64,000 nucleotides of DNA, from assembly GCA_012295275.1 (NCBI GenBank), contig CM022674.1, forward strand, positions 12,152,001 to 12,216,000, in the 5' to 3' direction. The position numbers and the translations under genes were made by a program. Source of the DNA: Chrysomallon squamiferum (taxonomy: Eukaryota > Animalia > Mollusca). How positions within the stretch are numbered: the stretch's first letter is position 1; each line of letters starts with the position of its first letter. Positions 62,401 through 64,000 of this stretch are shown in pieces. The notes beneath the pieces are model-generated. The model was not told the DNA's origin, searched no databases, and saw nothing but the letters and a program-made list of their open reading frames with translations.

Positions 62401-63821
62401 ACATCTTCATAAGGAAATCTAATATATTATCTTCTTTTTTCAAAGTTTATGGTGAATGGACTACATGGACAGAACAACGTGGTGAGTGTAATAACACGTG
62501 TGGTGTTGGTACCGCTGTTGTATCGACAACTCGAACATGTAAGAAACCTAAACAGACAGGAAAGAAATTAAAACTGTGCGTGGGAAGTTCAATGGAAACA
62601 AAATATGAATCGTGTAACACAGAAACAGAATCTTGTAAATGTAAGTAATAATTAGTGATGATTAGTTCTTCACAAACCGTGGAAATTACACGAGTAAATT
62701 AACCTTCATCATAAAAGATGAATAATACGTAGAAAAAGTTGTGTTAATAAAGGAAACAAGAATACTAATACAGACACAAATGCTGACTGTGCAGTAACAT
62801 AGCTACATTCCAAAGGCAGAGTACACGTATTATTATTATATAAACAGAACAATGCGCTCTAAACATATTTAAAAAGGAATTACATAGATTAATTACCATC
62901 ATTGTCTTAACAGGAATAATATGCATGTACTGCATTATTATATAAACTTCAATAACACAGAATAAACATATCATGACTGTGTAAAAAAACAACTAACAGT
63001 AGCCAAACAAATATTGTCTTTTAGTTAAAATTCAGTCGTGCACTTCAATCTACGAATCGAACTTAGCCAAATGTATTAATAGCACTGGCCAGTCCAAAGA
63101 ATCACTGGACTTTATGATATCTCGTGGCCAAGCAGGGTCTATACCAGAAGGAGAAACTATTCAAACTTTCAGACAAAAATCCTGCACGTAAGTATATTTT
63201 CGGTTGTTCCTAAGCATGTATCTCACTATGTATCCGTTTGTATGTATGTATTCATTTACATAACTCTCTGTGTATACCTACCTCTTTATACGTATATGTA
63301 TATATATCTATACTTATTTGTATGTTTATGTACATATTTCTGTTTGTATTTGCACACATTTGTATATACGTATCTGCGTGTTAATGAACGTCCGTACGGA
63401 TGTTCATATATTTGTATCTCCGTGTCTTTAATCAGCCTGTTTACGTATGCATGAATTTATGTGTGAATTTTATATATGTGCATTTATATGTGTATCCGCT
63501 TGCACGTAGGTATGTATACATGTATATATGTTTGTATGAATATATGTTTGTGTATTTGTTTTTCAGTAATGTTCATGTTTATATGTTGGTATATACATTA
63601 ATGTATTTATGTGTACCATGTTGTCTATCAGAATATTTGTACGTCTGCAAACTTGTATCCTTATGTCTGTAGATTGACTAAAACCAGTTTATCGTCAAAC
63701 TGTTTCCGACGTGTTGGTGATGCTATAGATAAAAATGATATATGTAAGCGTCTTATCGGAGATAAAATCAAGAAAGATGTCAAAAACAAATTATCGGAAT
63801 ATAAATTGGCATGCACTGCTG
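21848..63821 (+). CDS. Gene 4: giant secreted or membrane protein with at least 17 tandem [6-Cys domain + TSR] modules; continues beyond the window
   Basis: Signal exon 21848-21884 (MLMQTLIVFVLT) joins A1 to give MLMQTLIVFVLTVNIFIAVVKG/EDCQ. It is followed by strictly ordered A(163 nt)-B(149 nt)-C(195 nt) exons with canonical GT-AG sites and compatible phases. Only A1 carries a signal-peptide half. Confidence 0.9.
22943..23036. repeat. Direct tandem duplication of about 47 bp; a separate ~73-bp duplication lies at 22361-22510
   Basis: gatgtcgctgttttatatctatttgaaaagttcggacgtaaaacaag present twice. Confidence 0.85.
25649..26343 (+). mobile_element. Tigger/pogo-like (Tc1-mariner) non-autonomous DNA transposon
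   Basis: TIRs tagtgatacctcgagttacgag and rc cagtggtaccttgacttacgag, with TA on both sides. Internal relic MDHKKVGAQDSAEKKKWMMSIELKNEMIEKYE resembles the Tigger/TIGD1 N-terminal HTH. It interrupts the attagcgaa..ttagtt intron motif that is intact in other modules. Confidence 0.85.
26706..28697 (+). CDS. Gene 4 module 2: A 26706-26868, B 27867-28015, C 28503-28697
   Basis: Exon lengths 163/149/195, canonical splice sites, open frame. Confidence 0.9.
29068..30935 (+). CDS. Gene 4 module 3: A 29068-29230, B 29623-29771, C 30741-30935
   Basis: 163/149/195, canonical splice sites, open frame. Confidence 0.9.
31305..33664 (+). CDS. Gene 4 module 4: A 31305-31467, B 31759-31907, C 33470-33664
   Basis: 163/149/195, canonical splice sites. 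Confidence 0.9.
34051..37080 (+). CDS. Gene 4 module 5: A 34051-34213, B 36226-36374, C 36884-37080 (C has +2 frameshift)
   Basis: C is 197 nt; extra AA in the A-run at 37038-37041. Confidence 0.8.
34440..35646 (+). mobile_element. Decayed DNA transposon with DDE transposase relic, probably Sola2-like
   Basis: Frameshifted fragments DFTEN..FQDKI*RFH*DNKQATFLPLYI (about 34858-34950) and HNEKDLGLTAKWNFFATS (about 35037-35091) match motifs recalled from Sola2-type transposases (DFxENY..QDEIQSFHW..QATLHP; WHFFATSHGK). The right end rc begins GGGTCA and loosely matches ..gtcaaatcacc near 34450. Confidence 0.55.
35852..35895 (+). pseudogene. Orphan fragment of a B exon in the A5-B5 intron
   Basis: Reads FQRAADAKENNDE*, compared with FRRAADVIENNEEC in intact B exons; the 5' part of the exon is missing. 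Confidence 0.6.
37473..39203 (+). CDS. Gene 4 module 6: A 37473-37635, B 38030-38178, C 39009-39203
   Basis: 163/149/195, canonical splice sites. Confidence 0.9.
39606..43683 (+). CDS. Gene 4 module 7: A 39606-39768, B 42221-42368 (-1 frameshift), C 43489-43683
   Basis: B is 148 nt, one base missing at about 42330-42333; C carries an extra Cys (GLGTCLV). Confidence 0.8.
39989..40974. repeat. Long inverted repeat 1: arms about 39989-40401 and 40654-40974
   Basis: For example gagctaattctggggaatgtaacta against tagttacattccccagaattagctc, and ttatctagaataacagtagca against tgctactgttattctagataa. Confidence 0.85.
40972..41976. mobile_element. Foldback/MITE-like element with ~250-bp inverted arms (about 40972-41230 and 41712-41976)
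   Basis: aaacaatttacaatccgatctatcgaaaa...catgccagaagcttcataaactatttcgcagcaaaggaa is mirrored by its reverse complement at about 41855-41955; no clear TSD. Confidence 0.7.
44154..46106 (+). CDS. Gene 4 module 8: A 44154-44316, B 45113-45261, C 45913-46106 (-1 frameshift)
   Basis: C is 194 nt; one base missing at the A-run 46008-46012. Confidence 0.8.
44464..44716. repeat. (TATG)n/(TG)n compound microsatellite
   Basis: Seen directly; source of the MYVC/HTYI pseudo-ORFs. Confidence 0.95.
46477..47956 (+). CDS. Gene 4 module 9: A 46477-46639, B 47016-47164, C 47762-47956
   Basis: 163/149/195, canonical splice sites. Confidence 0.9.
48321..49830 (+). CDS. Gene 4 module 10: A 48321-48483, B 48994-49142, C 49636-49830
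   Basis: 163/149/195, canonical splice sites. Confidence 0.9.
50482..51928 (+). CDS. Gene 4 module 11: A 50482-50644, B 50997-51145, C 51734-51928
   Basis: 163/149/195, canonical splice sites. Confidence 0.9.
52251..53596 (+). CDS. Gene 4 module 12: A 52251-52413, B 52780-52929 (+1 frameshift), C 53402-53596
   Basis: B is 150 nt (aagaaaggacgtc at about 52877-52889); C is divergent (VHLEWTEWTKQRGNCNSTCGAG). Confidence 0.8.
53940..55637 (+). CDS. Gene 4 module 13: A 53940-54102, B 54585-54730 (in-frame 1-codon deletion), C 55443-55637
   Basis: 163/146/195, open frame; C carries an extra Cys (GLGTCLV). Confidence 0.88.
56007..58001 (+). CDS. Gene 4 module 14: A 56007-56169, B 56565-56713, C 57807-58001
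   Basis: 163/149/195, canonical splice sites. Confidence 0.9.
58404..59969 (+). CDS. Gene 4 module 15: A 58404-58566, B 58817-58965, C 59774-59969 (+1 frameshift)
   Basis: C is 196 nt; aataatcacatgt at about 59818-59830 against aataacacatgt or aataatacatgt in other modules. Confidence 0.8.
60155..60893. repeat. 57-bp minisatellite, 13 near-identical copies, in the C15-A16 intron
   Basis: Unit gtaaacgtattattgttctattattagtacacactaaacatacatacgttattttga starts at 60155, 60212 ... 60839. Confidence 0.95.
61035..62640 (+). CDS. Gene 4 module 16: A 61035-61197, B 61647-61795, C 62446-62640
   Basis: 163/149/195, canonical splice sites. Confidence 0.9.
63025..63821 (+). CDS. Gene 4 module 17 (partial): A 63025-63187, B 63673-63821; C expected beyond the window
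   Basis: 163/149, canonical splice sites. Confidence 0.9.
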
Positions 63822-63830
63822 GTAAGTAAA

Positions 63831-63890
63831 TAACAGTAAGAGTTCAGTATAACAGTAAGAGTTCAATATAACAGTAAGAGTTCAATATAA
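63831..63890. repeat. 19-bp unit repeated three times
   Basis: taacagtaagagttca(g/a)ta x3. Confidence 0.85.
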
Positions 63891-64000
63891 CAATAATTTG
63901 TAAAATTATGCTGTCTCGTTGATATGATGTCATATGATAATAAAAGTTTGTTGTCTACTGATTTTGTACTTAGTGAATAACATCGAACAAAAGAAATTAG

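Noticed and set aside
23271-63821. Array as 17 separate small genes, or as a polyprotein cut at CKRK/AGK sites
   Set aside because: Only A1 has a signal-peptide half. The apparent CKRK*, AGK* and YCT* ends are read-through into GTAAG donors and vanish after splicing.
21848-63821. Naming gene 4 as a known TSR protein (SCO-spondin, hemicentin, ADAMTS, properdin, cephalotoxin)
   Set aside because: None of their companion domains (vWD, Ig, metalloprotease, CUB, EGF, LDLa) is visible, and the alternating 6-Cys domain fits none of them.

Overview
AT-rich, microsatellite-dense eukaryotic (animal) genomic DNA. The (CATA)n/(CA)n/(GA)n/(ATT)n landscape resembles a mollusc such as a cephalopod, but that is inference only. 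Most ORF-track entries are microsatellite noise; the real genes are spliced. The window holds a cluster of at least four paralogous genes built from one three-exon module: exon A (phase 1 to 2) plus exon B (phase 2 to 1) encode an unrecognised ~104-aa six-cysteine, probably helical domain, and exon C (phase 1 to 1) encodes a thrombospondin type-1 repeat (TSR). Gene 1 (minus, runs off the left edge) shows one module. Genes 2 (minus) and 3 (plus) are head-to-head single-module type I membrane proteins: signal peptide, 6-Cys domain, TSR, partial TSR, TM helix, basic tail. Gene 4 (plus, from 21848 to beyond the right edge) has a signal peptide and at least 17 tandem 169-aa modules (17 A, 17 B and 16 C exons, about 2,800 aa within the window), with five small frameshifts. 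Introns contain a Tigger-like element, a Sola2-like transposase relic, two adjacent long inverted repeats, minisatellites and orphan exon fragments. All exon boundaries were read by hand from GT-AG sites and phase consistency; no database searches were run.
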